From NCBI GenBank assembly GCA_012519195.1, contig JAAYQP010000099.1:1318-65317 (forward strand): DNA of 64,000 bases, written 5' to 3'. Shown piece after piece: positions 10,256 to 18,525 of this stretch. The translations under genes were made by a program, and so were the position numbers. A model generated the notes under the pieces. The model had not been told where the DNA came from, did not search any database, and saw only the letters and a program-made list of their open reading frames with translations. Each line of letters starts with the position of its first letter. The first letter of the stretch is position 1. The DNA comes from Clostridiales bacterium (lineage in GTDB: Bacteria > Bacillota > Clostridia > Lachnospirales > Lachnospiraceae).

Positions 10256-11581
10256 ATGTACCGTTTGATATCGAAACTTGTAATTTATAAGAATCTGAAG
10301 GAGGATTGCCTGCTTGTAGCATTAGCAGAATTAATGAAAGAATATGATAGTTTAGCAGGCAAGGAAAACACGGCGATCCAAAAGGAGAATATTACAAGCA
10401 GAATCTATACTTTAATCAATAAGCTCTTGGAGATTGCTACAAAGAATGGCTTTGATCATAATCTTTGGCATAATTATCTTGCTTATCTACTAGTGGCCAA
10501 TGAGAATCCATTTAGCATCATCTGTGAAAAGACGGGGGCTCAGGATGGAACCGTCAATGAATTTGCAAAGAATGATTTTAAAATCATTAAGGACTTGTTT
10601 GATTATGATTTTAAACTATTGGAAGAGGATCTCAATATTAATTGCTTTTCCATAATCAGTAACTATAAAGCGGTTCAAAAGAGTAGCCTTAGTTATAATC
10701 AAAATGTCAGCGAAAAAGTACAAGTGCTCAGTGACCGGATCGCCAAGGCATCGGATGAGAGTGAAGTATTTAAAGTAGTAACGGATTTCTATCGGGATTA
10801 CGGAGTTGGTATATTTGGGATTCATAAAGCCTTTCGAATTCGCAGGAGTAGCGATCAATTAGAGATCTTACCGATTATGAATACCCAGGAGGTATTACTG
10901 TCAGATCTGGTGGGTTATGAAATCCAGAAGAAGAAGCTGATTGATAATACCAAAGCCTTTGTAAAAGGACAGAAGGCCAATAATGTGCTTCTATTTGGTG
11001 ATAGCGGCACCGGTAAATCAACTTCTGTGAAAGCTATTTTGAATGAATTTTATAAAGATGGACTACGTATGATCGAAATCTATAAGCATCAATTCGAAGA
11101 TCTATCCGATCTTATTGCTAAAATTAAGAATCGGAATTATAAATTCATTATCTATATGGATGATCTATCATTTGAAGAATTTGAAACTGACTATAAATAC
11201 CTAAAGGCAGTTATTGAAGGTGGATTGGAAATAAGACCGGAGAATGTACTAATCTATGCTACCTCCAATCGTAGACATCTCATCAGGGAAACCTGGAAGG
11301 ATCGAAACGATATGGAGAAAACAGAGGAAATCCATCGTTCGGATACAATGCAAGAAAAATTATCCTTGGTTAGCCGATTTGGAATAACGATTAATTTTTC
11401 GGCACCTGCTAAGAAAGAGTACTTGGAAATTGTTAAAAACCTTGCATGTCGACAGGGGCTTAATATTCCAGAAGAGAAGCTCTTTGCTGAAGCGAATAAA
11501 TGGGAGCTATCCCATGGGGGAATGTCCGGCCGAACAGCCCAGCAGTTTATTAATTATTTGGCAGGGCAGAGCCAATTATGA
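10256..11581 (+). CDS. AAA-type ATP-binding protein, DUF815 family
   Basis: Walker A GDSGTGKST, Walker B IIYMDDLSFEE, and TSNRRHLI are typical of DUF815 ATPases. Confidence 0.8.
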   Translation: MYRLISKLVIYKNLKEDCLLVALAELMKEYDSLAGKENTAIQKENITSRIYTLINKLLEIATKNGFDHNLWHNYLAYLLVANENPFSIICEKTGAQDGTVNEFAKNDFKIIKDLFDYDFKLLEEDLNINCFSIISNYKAVQKSSLSYNQNVSEKVQVLSDRIAKASDESEVFKVVTDFYRDYGVGIFGIHKAFRIRRSSDQLEILPIMNTQEVLLSDLVGYEIQKKKLIDNTKAFVKGQKANNVLLFGDSGTGKSTSVKAILNEFYKDGLRMIEIYKHQFEDLSDLIAKIKNRNYKFIIYMDDLSFEEFETDYKYLKAVIEGGLEIRPENVLIYATSNRRHLIRETWKDRNDMEKTEEIHRSDTMQEKLSLVSRFGITINFSAPAKKEYLEIVKNLACRQGLNIPEEKLFAEANKWELSHGGMSGRTAQQFINYLAGQSQL

Positions 11582-11668
11582 TATGGTAGCCTAAGGATAT
11601 CGATTTCGCTTTGTTAAGTTGCACTTCTTTAAGTAGTAATAGATCACGCTTACGAAATGGGGGATAAG

Positions 11669-12061
11669 ATGGATAAGTATAGGATTATAGTAAAGGGTAT
11701 TGTAAAAATGGAGGATAAATACCTGATTGTTAGCAAATGGTATGACGATCGGGTAGCCCAGCCTTATCAGTGGGGATTTATTGACGGTCCCATTGAATTT
11801 GGCGAGAGTCCGGACAAAGCAGTATTGCGACTGATACATGAACAGACACAGATAACGGCAATCGTTGATCGAATTCTCTATACTTGGACTTTCAAGACAG
11901 GAGATGTGTTCAACATCGGTATCAGCTATTTATGCGCAACTACAATGGATAATGTCATTCTATCGGAAGATCTTGTGGAGTATCAGTGGATTGAGCGAGA
12001 AGAGTTTGAACAGTATATTGATAGAGTTATTTTGGATGATATAGAACGAGCTGAATTATAA
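11669..12061 (+). CDS. NUDIX-family hydrolase (degenerate Nudix box)
   Basis: GxIDGPIEFGESPDKAVLRLIHEQTQI resembles the Nudix box GX5EX7REUXEEXGU. ATG 11669 follows GGGGGA; the ORF track starts at 11657. Confidence 0.6.
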   Translation: MDKYRIIVKGIVKMEDKYLIVSKWYDDRVAQPYQWGFIDGPIEFGESPDKAVLRLIHEQTQITAIVDRILYTWTFKTGDVFNIGISYLCATTMDNVILSEDLVEYQWIEREEFEQYIDRVILDDIERAEL

Positions 12062-12063
12062 CA

Positions 12064-12202
12064 TAAGCCATTAGGTGCTGGGAAGTTTTATCCTGGCTTC
12101 AACCTCCCCTTTGGGATATCATGTATTGGAATAATTCTATCTTTGTACAAAGGGAGAGCTAAGGCGCCCAGATAAAACTTCCCAGCACCCTGATGGGGCT
12201 AT
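12064..12202 (+). repeat. Structured GC-rich intergenic element (family C, copy 1) just upstream of pyrC
   Basis: ggtgctgggaagttttatcctgg (12074-12096) is complementary to cccagataaaacttcccagcacc (12167-12189). There is an inner helix ctcccctttg / caaagggagag. The motif gctaaggcgcc..gataaaac..cccagca recurs at 42563-42596. Confidence 0.7.
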
Positions 12203-12229
12203 TGTTATAATGTTGAAAGGAGAATCCGA

Positions 12230-13540
12230 TTGCTGACTCTTATTAAAAATGGGTATGTCATTGATCCTGAATCTAATAGGGAAGGATATTATGATATTCT
12301 AATCGAAGGGGATAGGATAAAACGGGTAGAAGCAAGTTTATCTGATAAAATCCCTCGGTATCAGGAGTTGTATGATGAGTTTACGGTGATTGATGCCAAG
12401 GGGAAATATGTTATGCCAGGCTTTATTGACCTCCATGTCCATCTTCGAGAACCTGGTTATGAATATAAGGAAACGATAAAAACCGGTGCTATGGCGGCAG
12501 CTGCAGGAGGGTATACTACCATCTGTCCTATGCCGAATACATTACCGGTAACAGATTCTGAGGATAGAATTAGCTATATTAAGGATAAGTCGGGTAAGGA
12601 AGCGGTGGTTAATATCCTCCCAATCGGTTCCATTACCTTAGGACAGAAGGGGGAGGACCTAGCCGATATTCCTGCTATGGCAGCGGCAGGGGCAGTAGCT
12701 TTTAGTGAGGATGGCAAATCTGTAATGGATAGTGCCCTTTATGCTAAGGGAATGGAGCTGGCAGCCAAGGCGGGAAGGCCAATTTTTGCCCACTGCGAGG
12801 ATAAAAGTCTTGCCGGTCAAGGCGTGATGAATGCAGGGAAAAAGGCAGAAGCACTCAACCTTCAAGGGATTAGCAATGCGGTTGAAGATATCATCACCGC
12901 TAGAGATATTCTTCTGGCAAAGGAAATTGGAGTAAGGCTTCATATCTGCCATTGCTCTACAGCGGATAGTGTTAAGATGATCGGATTAGCTAAGGAAGAG
13001 GGGCTCCCGGTCACCGGTGAGGTCTGTCCACATCATTTCACCCTAAGTGATGAGGATATCCCCTCTGACGATGGTAATTATAAGATGAATCCACCTTTAC
13101 GTTCAAAGAAGGATGTTCAGGCTATCAAGCAAGCGATTAAGAATGATATCATTGATGTGATTGCTACTGACCATGCTCCCCATTCCAAGGATGAAAAGGC
13201 AGGAGGCATGAAGGAGGCACCGTTTGGAATCGTTGGTTTGGAAACAGCATTTGCGCTTGTTATTACCGAGCTTGTGAAACCTAAGATCATAACTCTTAAG
13301 CAAATGGTTGAAAAAATGTCCCTTAATCCGGCAAAAATTCTTGGAATTCAGAGAGGATGTATCGGAGAAGGCTGGGTTGCAGATCTGGTAATCGCTGATC
13401 CAGAGGTGGTATATACCATTGATAAAAACAAATTCTATTCCTTAGGTAAGAATACACCATTTGATCAAAAAAAGGTGATTGGTAGGGTAGAATATACTTT
13501 TGTTGCAGGTAAGTTGGTTTATCAAAATGAGCTCAATTAA
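12230..13540 (+). CDS. pyrC: Dihydroorotase
   Basis: 436 aa with DLHVHLREPG, the metal-binding histidines and ATDHAPH of amidohydrolase-type PyrC. TTG start after AAAGGAGA. Confidence 0.92.
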   Translation: MLTLIKNGYVIDPESNREGYYDILIEGDRIKRVEASLSDKIPRYQELYDEFTVIDAKGKYVMPGFIDLHVHLREPGYEYKETIKTGAMAAAAGGYTTICPMPNTLPVTDSEDRISYIKDKSGKEAVVNILPIGSITLGQKGEDLADIPAMAAAGAVAFSEDGKSVMDSALYAKGMELAAKAGRPIFAHCEDKSLAGQGVMNAGKKAEALNLQGISNAVEDIITARDILLAKEIGVRLHICHCSTADSVKMIGLAKEEGLPVTGEVCPHHFTLSDEDIPSDDGNYKMNPPLRSKKDVQAIKQAIKNDIIDVIATDHAPHSKDEKAGGMKEAPFGIVGLETAFALVITELVKPKIITLKQMVEKMSLNPAKILGIQRGCIGEGWVADLVIADPEVVYTIDKNKFYSLGKNTPFDQKKVIGRVEYTFVAGKLVYQNELN

Positions 13541-13561
13541 GCTTAAGAAATGGGGAGAATC

Positions 13562-14488
13562 ATGATTAATAAACTAATTAAGAAAATTGAAGAAAGTAAG
13601 GCACCGATTGTAGTAGGATTGGATCCTATGTTGGATTATATACCGGAACAGATCCTTAAGGAGGCTTATCAGGATAAAGGTGAAAATCTGGAAGGAGCTG
13701 CAGAAGCAATTTGGAGATATAATAAGGGAATCATAGATGCAGTCTATGACCTTATTCCGGCGGTGAAGCCTCAGATCGCAATGTATGAGCAATTCGGTTT
13801 AGAAGGCCTAAGGGTATATAAGCAGACCATTGATTATTGTAAAGAGAAAGATCTTCTTGTGATCGGTGATATAAAACGGGGTGATATTGGCTCTACTTCT
13901 ATGGCTTATGCCACAGGACATCTTGGGAAAGTAAGGATTGGTGGTAGGGAATATCGAGGCTTTGATGAAGATTTTATTACCGTGAATCCCTATCTTGGGT
14001 CGGATGGTATTCTACCATTTATAGAAGTAGGCAAGGAAGAGAAGAAGGGGATGTTCATCCTAGTTAAGACTTCCAACCCTTCTAGCGGTGAATTTCAGGA
14101 TCAGCGAGTAGGGGATAAATCCTTATATGAATTGGTAGGACATAAGGTGGCAGAATGGGGAGAACTCCATATGGGTGATTCCTATAGCTATGTCGGTGCT
14201 GTCGTTGGTGCCACATATCCAGAGGTTGGTAAGATGTTACGCCGTATTATGCCTAAAGCTTATATCTTAGTTCCTGGTTATGGGGCTCAAGGAGGTAAGG
14301 CTGAGGATTTGGTGCATTACTTTAATAAGGATGGACTTGGGGCGATCGTGAATTCCTCTAGGGGAATCATAGCAGCCTATAAGCAGAAGGGATATGAAAA
14401 GTTTGGTCCCCTAAATTTTGCGGATGCATCAAGGCAGGCGGTACTTAATATGAAGGAAGATCTAAAGAATGCTTGGTCCACAAGATAG
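13562..14488 (+). CDS. pyrF: Orotidine-5'-phosphate decarboxylase (long, type 2)
   Basis: VVGLDP...DIKRGDIGST motifs. ATG 13562 follows GGGGAGA; the ORF track begins at 13550. Confidence 0.9.
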   Translation: MINKLIKKIEESKAPIVVGLDPMLDYIPEQILKEAYQDKGENLEGAAEAIWRYNKGIIDAVYDLIPAVKPQIAMYEQFGLEGLRVYKQTIDYCKEKDLLVIGDIKRGDIGSTSMAYATGHLGKVRIGGREYRGFDEDFITVNPYLGSDGILPFIEVGKEEKKGMFILVKTSNPSSGEFQDQRVGDKSLYELVGHKVAEWGELHMGDSYSYVGAVVGATYPEVGKMLRRIMPKAYILVPGYGAQGGKAEDLVHYFNKDGLGAIVNSSRGIIAAYKQKGYEKFGPLNFADASRQAVLNMKEDLKNAWSTR

Positions 14489-14544
14489 ACATACGATGAA
14501 AATTAGGGCGTATTATAATAGTCTCTATAATTTGTCTTTGGGTA

Positions 14545-14577
14545 AACAAGATGAATTGGCTTGCTAATTCATTTGTT
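14545..14577. repeat. 32-bp palindromic repeat, copy 1
   Basis: aacaagatgaattggcttgctaattcatttgtt is itself a hairpin and is nearly identical to 53635-53667. Confidence 0.65.
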
Positions 14578-14589
14578 ATGAATAATAAT

Positions 14590-14632
14590 AAAAGCTTCGA
14601 TTGGTAGCTAAGCACCAAAAGAAGCTTTTTTC
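14590..14632. terminator. Bidirectional terminator (pyrF / ppiB)
   Basis: aaaagcttc ... gaagctttttt with an inner ttggt..accaa helix, an A-run upstream and a T-run downstream. Confidence 0.7.
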
Positions 14633-14662
14633 TTAAATTAATTTATAATATTTACATACTAG

Positions 14663-15187
14663 TTAGAATTTTTCCGGTTCGTCATAGGTTTTATCGAAGG
14701 TATCTACGGTAACCTTCTTCATGATCTGTGGTTCTAATGGCATATCTGCATAATCGGTCTTTACTTCAGCAATTTTATTGACAACGTCCATGCCCTCGAT
14801 TACGCGCCCAAATGCAGCATAGGAACCATCTAAATGAGGAGAATCCTTGTGCATGATAAAAAACTGAGAACCGGCAGAATTGGGATGCTGTGATCTAGCC
14901 ATGGAAATTACGCCCGCTTCGTGTTTTAAATCATTTTTGAAATTATTATAGGTGAATTCACCCTTGATAGAATAACCGGGACCTCCCATTCCATTTCCAT
15001 CCGGATCTCCACCCTGGATCATGAAGCCACGGATGACTCGGTGAAAGGTTAGGCCATCATAGAAGCCCTTACTTACTAATGAGATGAAGTTATTAACCGT
15101 ATTGGGAGCGACATCCGGATAAAGTTCAACCTTGATGATATCGCCATTTTGCATTTCAAATGTAATGATTGGGTTTTTCTCTGCCAT
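14663..15187 (-). CDS. ppiB: Peptidyl-prolyl cis-trans isomerase, cyclophilin type
   Basis: 174 aa with cyclophilin motifs FHRVIxGFMIQGGDP and SQFFI. Confidence 0.93.
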   Translation of the reverse strand: MAEKNPIITFEMQNGDIIKVELYPDVAPNTVNNFISLVSKGFYDGLTFHRVIRGFMIQGGDPDGNGMGGPGYSIKGEFTYNNFKNDLKHEAGVISMARSQHPNSAGSQFFIMHKDSPHLDGSYAAFGRVIEGMDVVNKIAEVKTDYADMPLEPQIMKKVTVDTFDKTYDEPEKF

Positions 15188-15521
15188 GTTAATTTCCTTT
15201 CGATTGATAGATTCGATACTAAGGCTTTAGCCCTAATAATATGCTTTTGTTGGTAACTATAACATAAGCAGGATTATCATGTCAAGGGAGGCGTTCTGTT
15301 TTTTGGATTTTATCTTATTCCCTTGTCATAATATCCAAATTATGTTATAGTCATCAAGAAAAGTTGCGTAATAAACAACACATAGAAACACTTAATTTTG
15401 AACTCTAGTAATCAATCATCTGAATAAGATCGTAAACATGTTATCATACTCAATTTACACAATGAAATAACACTAAAAATGAGATTAATACCTTAACAAG
15501 AATCATATAGGAGATTATAGG

Positions 15522-16289
15522 ATGACATCTACAGTAAGAAAAAAAGGAATTGTAATACAGAATACAAAACTTGCAAAGGATATTTATAGTCTGTGGCTAG
15601 AGGCTCCATTCATTGCAGATTCTGCTCGTCCGGGACAATTTGTTTCCTTATACTGTAAGGATGGTAGTAGATTACTTCCCAGGCCGATTAGTATCTGTGA
15701 GATTAACAAGGAAAAGGGAAGGATACGCCTTGTTTTCCGGGTTGTTGGCAAAGGAACCGAAGAATTCTCTTATTTGCAGGAAAAAGACACCCTTGATCTT
15801 ATGGGCCCTTTGGGAAATGGCTTTAACCTTGAGGGGAAGAAGGCTCTTATTATCGGAGGAGGAATTGGAATACCACCCTTGCTTGAACTGGCAAAGAAGT
15901 TAAATTGTGAGAAACAAGTGGTTCTTGGTTTTCGAGATGACATCTATATGGAAGAGGAATTTGAAGCATTTGGTAAGGTGTACATTTCCACGGAGGATGG
16001 CAGTAAGGGTGTAAAGGGAAATGTATTAGATGCCATTCGCTATCATCAACTTGAAGCAGATATCATCTATGCCTGCGGACCAAAACCGATGCTAAAGGGA
16101 ATTAAGGATTATGCAATAGAGCATGGTATCAAAGCACAATTATCCTTAGAGGAACGAATGGCCTGTGGTGTTGGTGCTTGCCTTGGCTGTGTATGTCAAT
16201 CAAGAGAGACGGATATGCATACCCATGTTAAGAATAAAAGGATTTGCAAGGATGGGCCTGTATTTTATGCGGAAGAGGTGGAACTATGA
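15522..16289 (+). CDS. pyrK: Dihydroorotate dehydrogenase electron-transfer subunit
   Basis: FAD/NAD ferredoxin-reductase fold (RPISI, GGGIGIPP) and a C-terminal 2Fe-2S cysteine cluster CGxGxCxGC...C. Confidence 0.92.
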   Translation: MTSTVRKKGIVIQNTKLAKDIYSLWLEAPFIADSARPGQFVSLYCKDGSRLLPRPISICEINKEKGRIRLVFRVVGKGTEEFSYLQEKDTLDLMGPLGNGFNLEGKKALIIGGGIGIPPLLELAKKLNCEKQVVLGFRDDIYMEEEFEAFGKVYISTEDGSKGVKGNVLDAIRYHQLEADIIYACGPKPMLKGIKDYAIEHGIKAQLSLEERMACGVGACLGCVCQSRETDMHTHVKNKRICKDGPVFYAEEVEL

Positions 16290-17194
16290 ATACATCTGTA
16301 AATATCGCAGGAATTACCTTTCAGAACCCAGTAACAACAGCATCCGGGACCTTTGGTTCCGGTATGGAATACAGCGACTATGTAGATTTATCTCGTTTGG
16401 GTGCTGTAACAACGAAAGGTGTGGCAAGTGTTCCCTGGCCTGGTAATCCAACACCCAGAATCGCGGAGACTCATGGAGGAATGCTCAATGCAATCGGCTT
16501 GCAAAATCCGGGAGTAGAGGTATTCATAAAACGTGATATTCCGTTTCTGCGGCAGTTTGATACAAAAATCATTGTTAATATTGTTGGAAGAACCATTGAG
16601 GATTATTGTGAAGTAGTAGATCGACTGGCTGATTGTGATGTGGATATGCTAGAAATCAACATTTCCTGTCCCAATGTAAAAGAAGGAGGCATTGCCTTTG
16701 GTCAGGATCCCAGACTTGTGGAAGAAATTACATCTAAGATAAAAGTAAGAGCAAAGCAGCCGGTTATTATGAAATTAAGTCCGAATGTTGCAGATATAGC
16801 GGAGATGGCAAGGGCTGCACAGGCTGGAGGGGCAGATGCCCTTTCCTTAATAAATACTTTAACTGGTATGAAGATCGATATCAACCGCAGAACTTTCGCG
16901 TTGGCAAATAAGACTGGTGGTTTATCGGGACCTGCCATAAAACCGATCGCAGTGCGAATGGTTTATCAGGTTGCCAATGCAGTGGATCTCCCAATCATTG
17001 GTATGGGTGGGATTACTACGGCTGAGGATGCACTGGAATTTATCATGGCAGGTGCAACTATGATAGCTGTGGGTACTGCGAATTTCATAAATCCAACTGC
17101 CACTATTGAGGTACTTGAAGGTATTAAACATTTTATGATCCAGCAAGGAGTTCATGATATTCATGAACTGATTGGTTGCATCAAAGAAAAATAA
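16286..17194 (+). CDS. pyrD: Dihydroorotate dehydrogenase B catalytic subunit
   Basis: MNTSVNIAGITFQNPV... is a class 1B DHODH. ATG 16286 follows GAGGTGG and overlaps the pyrK stop (ATGA). The ORF track extends 14 codons upstream into pyrK. Confidence 0.92.
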   Translation: MNTSVNIAGITFQNPVTTASGTFGSGMEYSDYVDLSRLGAVTTKGVASVPWPGNPTPRIAETHGGMLNAIGLQNPGVEVFIKRDIPFLRQFDTKIIVNIVGRTIEDYCEVVDRLADCDVDMLEINISCPNVKEGGIAFGQDPRLVEEITSKIKVRAKQPVIMKLSPNVADIAEMARAAQAGGADALSLINTLTGMKIDINRRTFALANKTGGLSGPAIKPIAVRMVYQVANAVDLPIIGMGGITTAEDALEFIMAGATMIAVGTANFINPTATIEVLEGIKHFMIQQGVHDIHELIGCIKEK

Positions 17195-17286
17195 GGCCGT
17201 GGAACAAAGACACTAGAATATCATGTATACAAAATGATATACTAGATTTGCAATGAGCTATAAATCTATAAGCATAGGAGGAAAAG

Positions 17287-17976
17287 ATGGAGCAATATAA
17301 GAAGGAATTTATTGAGTTCATGGTGGATTGTGGTGTTCTTAGATTTGGTGATTTTACTACGAAAAGTGGAAGAAAGACACCATTTTTTATAAACACCGGA
17401 TTTTATCGAACTGGTTCACAGCTAAGAAAGCTAGGCGAATTTTATGCTAAGGCCATAAAGGATAAGTATGGTCTGAATTTTGACTTAATCTTTGGACCCG
17501 CATATAAGGGGATACCCCTTAGCGTAGCTACTGCAATGGCAATCAGTGAGCACTATGATAAGGAAATTAAATATTGCTCTAATCGAAAGGAAATAAAGGA
17601 TCATGGGGATACCGGAATTCTTTTGGGTTCTCCCATTGAAGATGGAGATCGAATCGTAATTATTGAAGATGTTACGACTGCAGGGACCTCCATTGAAGAG
17701 ACCTTTCCAATTCTTAAGGCCCAGGGAGATGTTAAGGTAATCGGCCTTGTGGTTTCTGTAGATCGAATGGAACGGGGGAAAGGTAGCAAGAGTGCACTTA
17801 CAGAGATTGAGGAGAAATATTCTATTGGAACGACTGCCATTGTTACAATGCAGGAAGTGGTCGAACACCTTTATAACAGACCATACCAAGGAAAAATTGT
17901 AATCGATGACGATTTAAAGCAAGCAATTGATAGATATTACCAGAGTTATGGTGTAAAGAAGGAAGATCTAAATTAA
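17287..17976 (+). CDS. pyrE: Orotate phosphoribosyltransferase
   Basis: PRPP-binding motif VIIEDVTTAGTS, 229 aa, RBS AGGAGG. Confidence 0.9.
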   Translation: MEQYKKEFIEFMVDCGVLRFGDFTTKSGRKTPFFINTGFYRTGSQLRKLGEFYAKAIKDKYGLNFDLIFGPAYKGIPLSVATAMAISEHYDKEIKYCSNRKEIKDHGDTGILLGSPIEDGDRIVIIEDVTTAGTSIEETFPILKAQGDVKVIGLVVSVDRMERGKGSKSALTEIEEKYSIGTTAIVTMQEVVEHLYNRPYQGKIVIDDDLKQAIDRYYQSYGVKKEDLN

Positions 17977-17988
17977 GGAGGGTGCGAA

Positions 17989-18141
17989 ATGATGGAGAAA
18001 ATTTATCACACGATGAAATCCGTTGGTGTCTGGAATCTGGTTATGGGAATACTTCTCATTGTTACTGGTACAATTGCCGGTGTTTTTATGATTGTCAATG
18101 GGGCTAAACTTCTTAAGAAAAAGTCAGATCTATTATTTTAG
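17989..18141 (+). CDS. Small hydrophobic protein (50 aa), not in the ORF track
   Basis: ATG 17989 lies 7 nt after AAGGAGGGTG. Translation is MMEKIYHTMKSVGVWNLVMGILLIVTGTIAGVFMIVNGAKLLKKKSDLLF, with one clear TM helix and a basic tail. Stop TAG at 18139-18141. Confidence 0.55.
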   Translation: MMEKIYHTMKSVGVWNLVMGILLIVTGTIAGVFMIVNGAKLLKKKSDLLF

Positions 18142-18320
18142 AAAATTATAAAACTTAATCAAGATATAATGATAGCATAGTGAGGATAAGCAAGCTTGTT
18201 TGTATTATCCGAGCGGAGCAACAAGATCATGAACATGTTTTCTTCATGATATAATATTTTTGATTAGTCTATGCCAATATGATTAGGCAATGGGTATATT
18301 TCATATGATCTGATGCGATG

Positions 18321-18369
18321 ATGTCCCAAATGTTTTTGCATAAGCAAGACGTTTGGGACATGCTTTTAT
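18321..18369 (+). terminator. Terminator-like hairpin downstream of the pyrKDE unit
   Basis: atgtcccaaatgt / acgtttgggacat 13-bp stem followed by gcttttatt. Confidence 0.5.
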
Positions 18370-18525
18370 TATATAGACTTGTTATCCAATTTTTAATAAA
18401 ATCAGCTATAATCTATTTTTAATTAAATTGTAAGGAAATTTTCACTTATTAATCACAGAATGTTCACTGTTAAAGAATAGAATAATATGGTAATTATGCT
18501 AGAATAATCGAAAAGGAGAGTTACA

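Noticed and set aside
12150-12212. Family C motif as a twister or hammerhead ribozyme (GAUAAAA.. and CUGAUG-like strings), or as a TGnTATAAT promoter (12204-12212).
   Set aside because: The order and spacing of conserved ribozyme elements do not fit: there is no P4 hairpin, and the core CUGAUGA / GAAA pair is absent. A transcript starting after the TATAAT would begin inside the pyrC RBS.
15188-15521. PyrR-type attenuator or other riboswitch upstream of pyrK.
   Set aside because: There is no UCCAGAGAGG-like PyrR loop. The only inverted repeat (around 15275-15340) is imperfect and lacks a U-tract.
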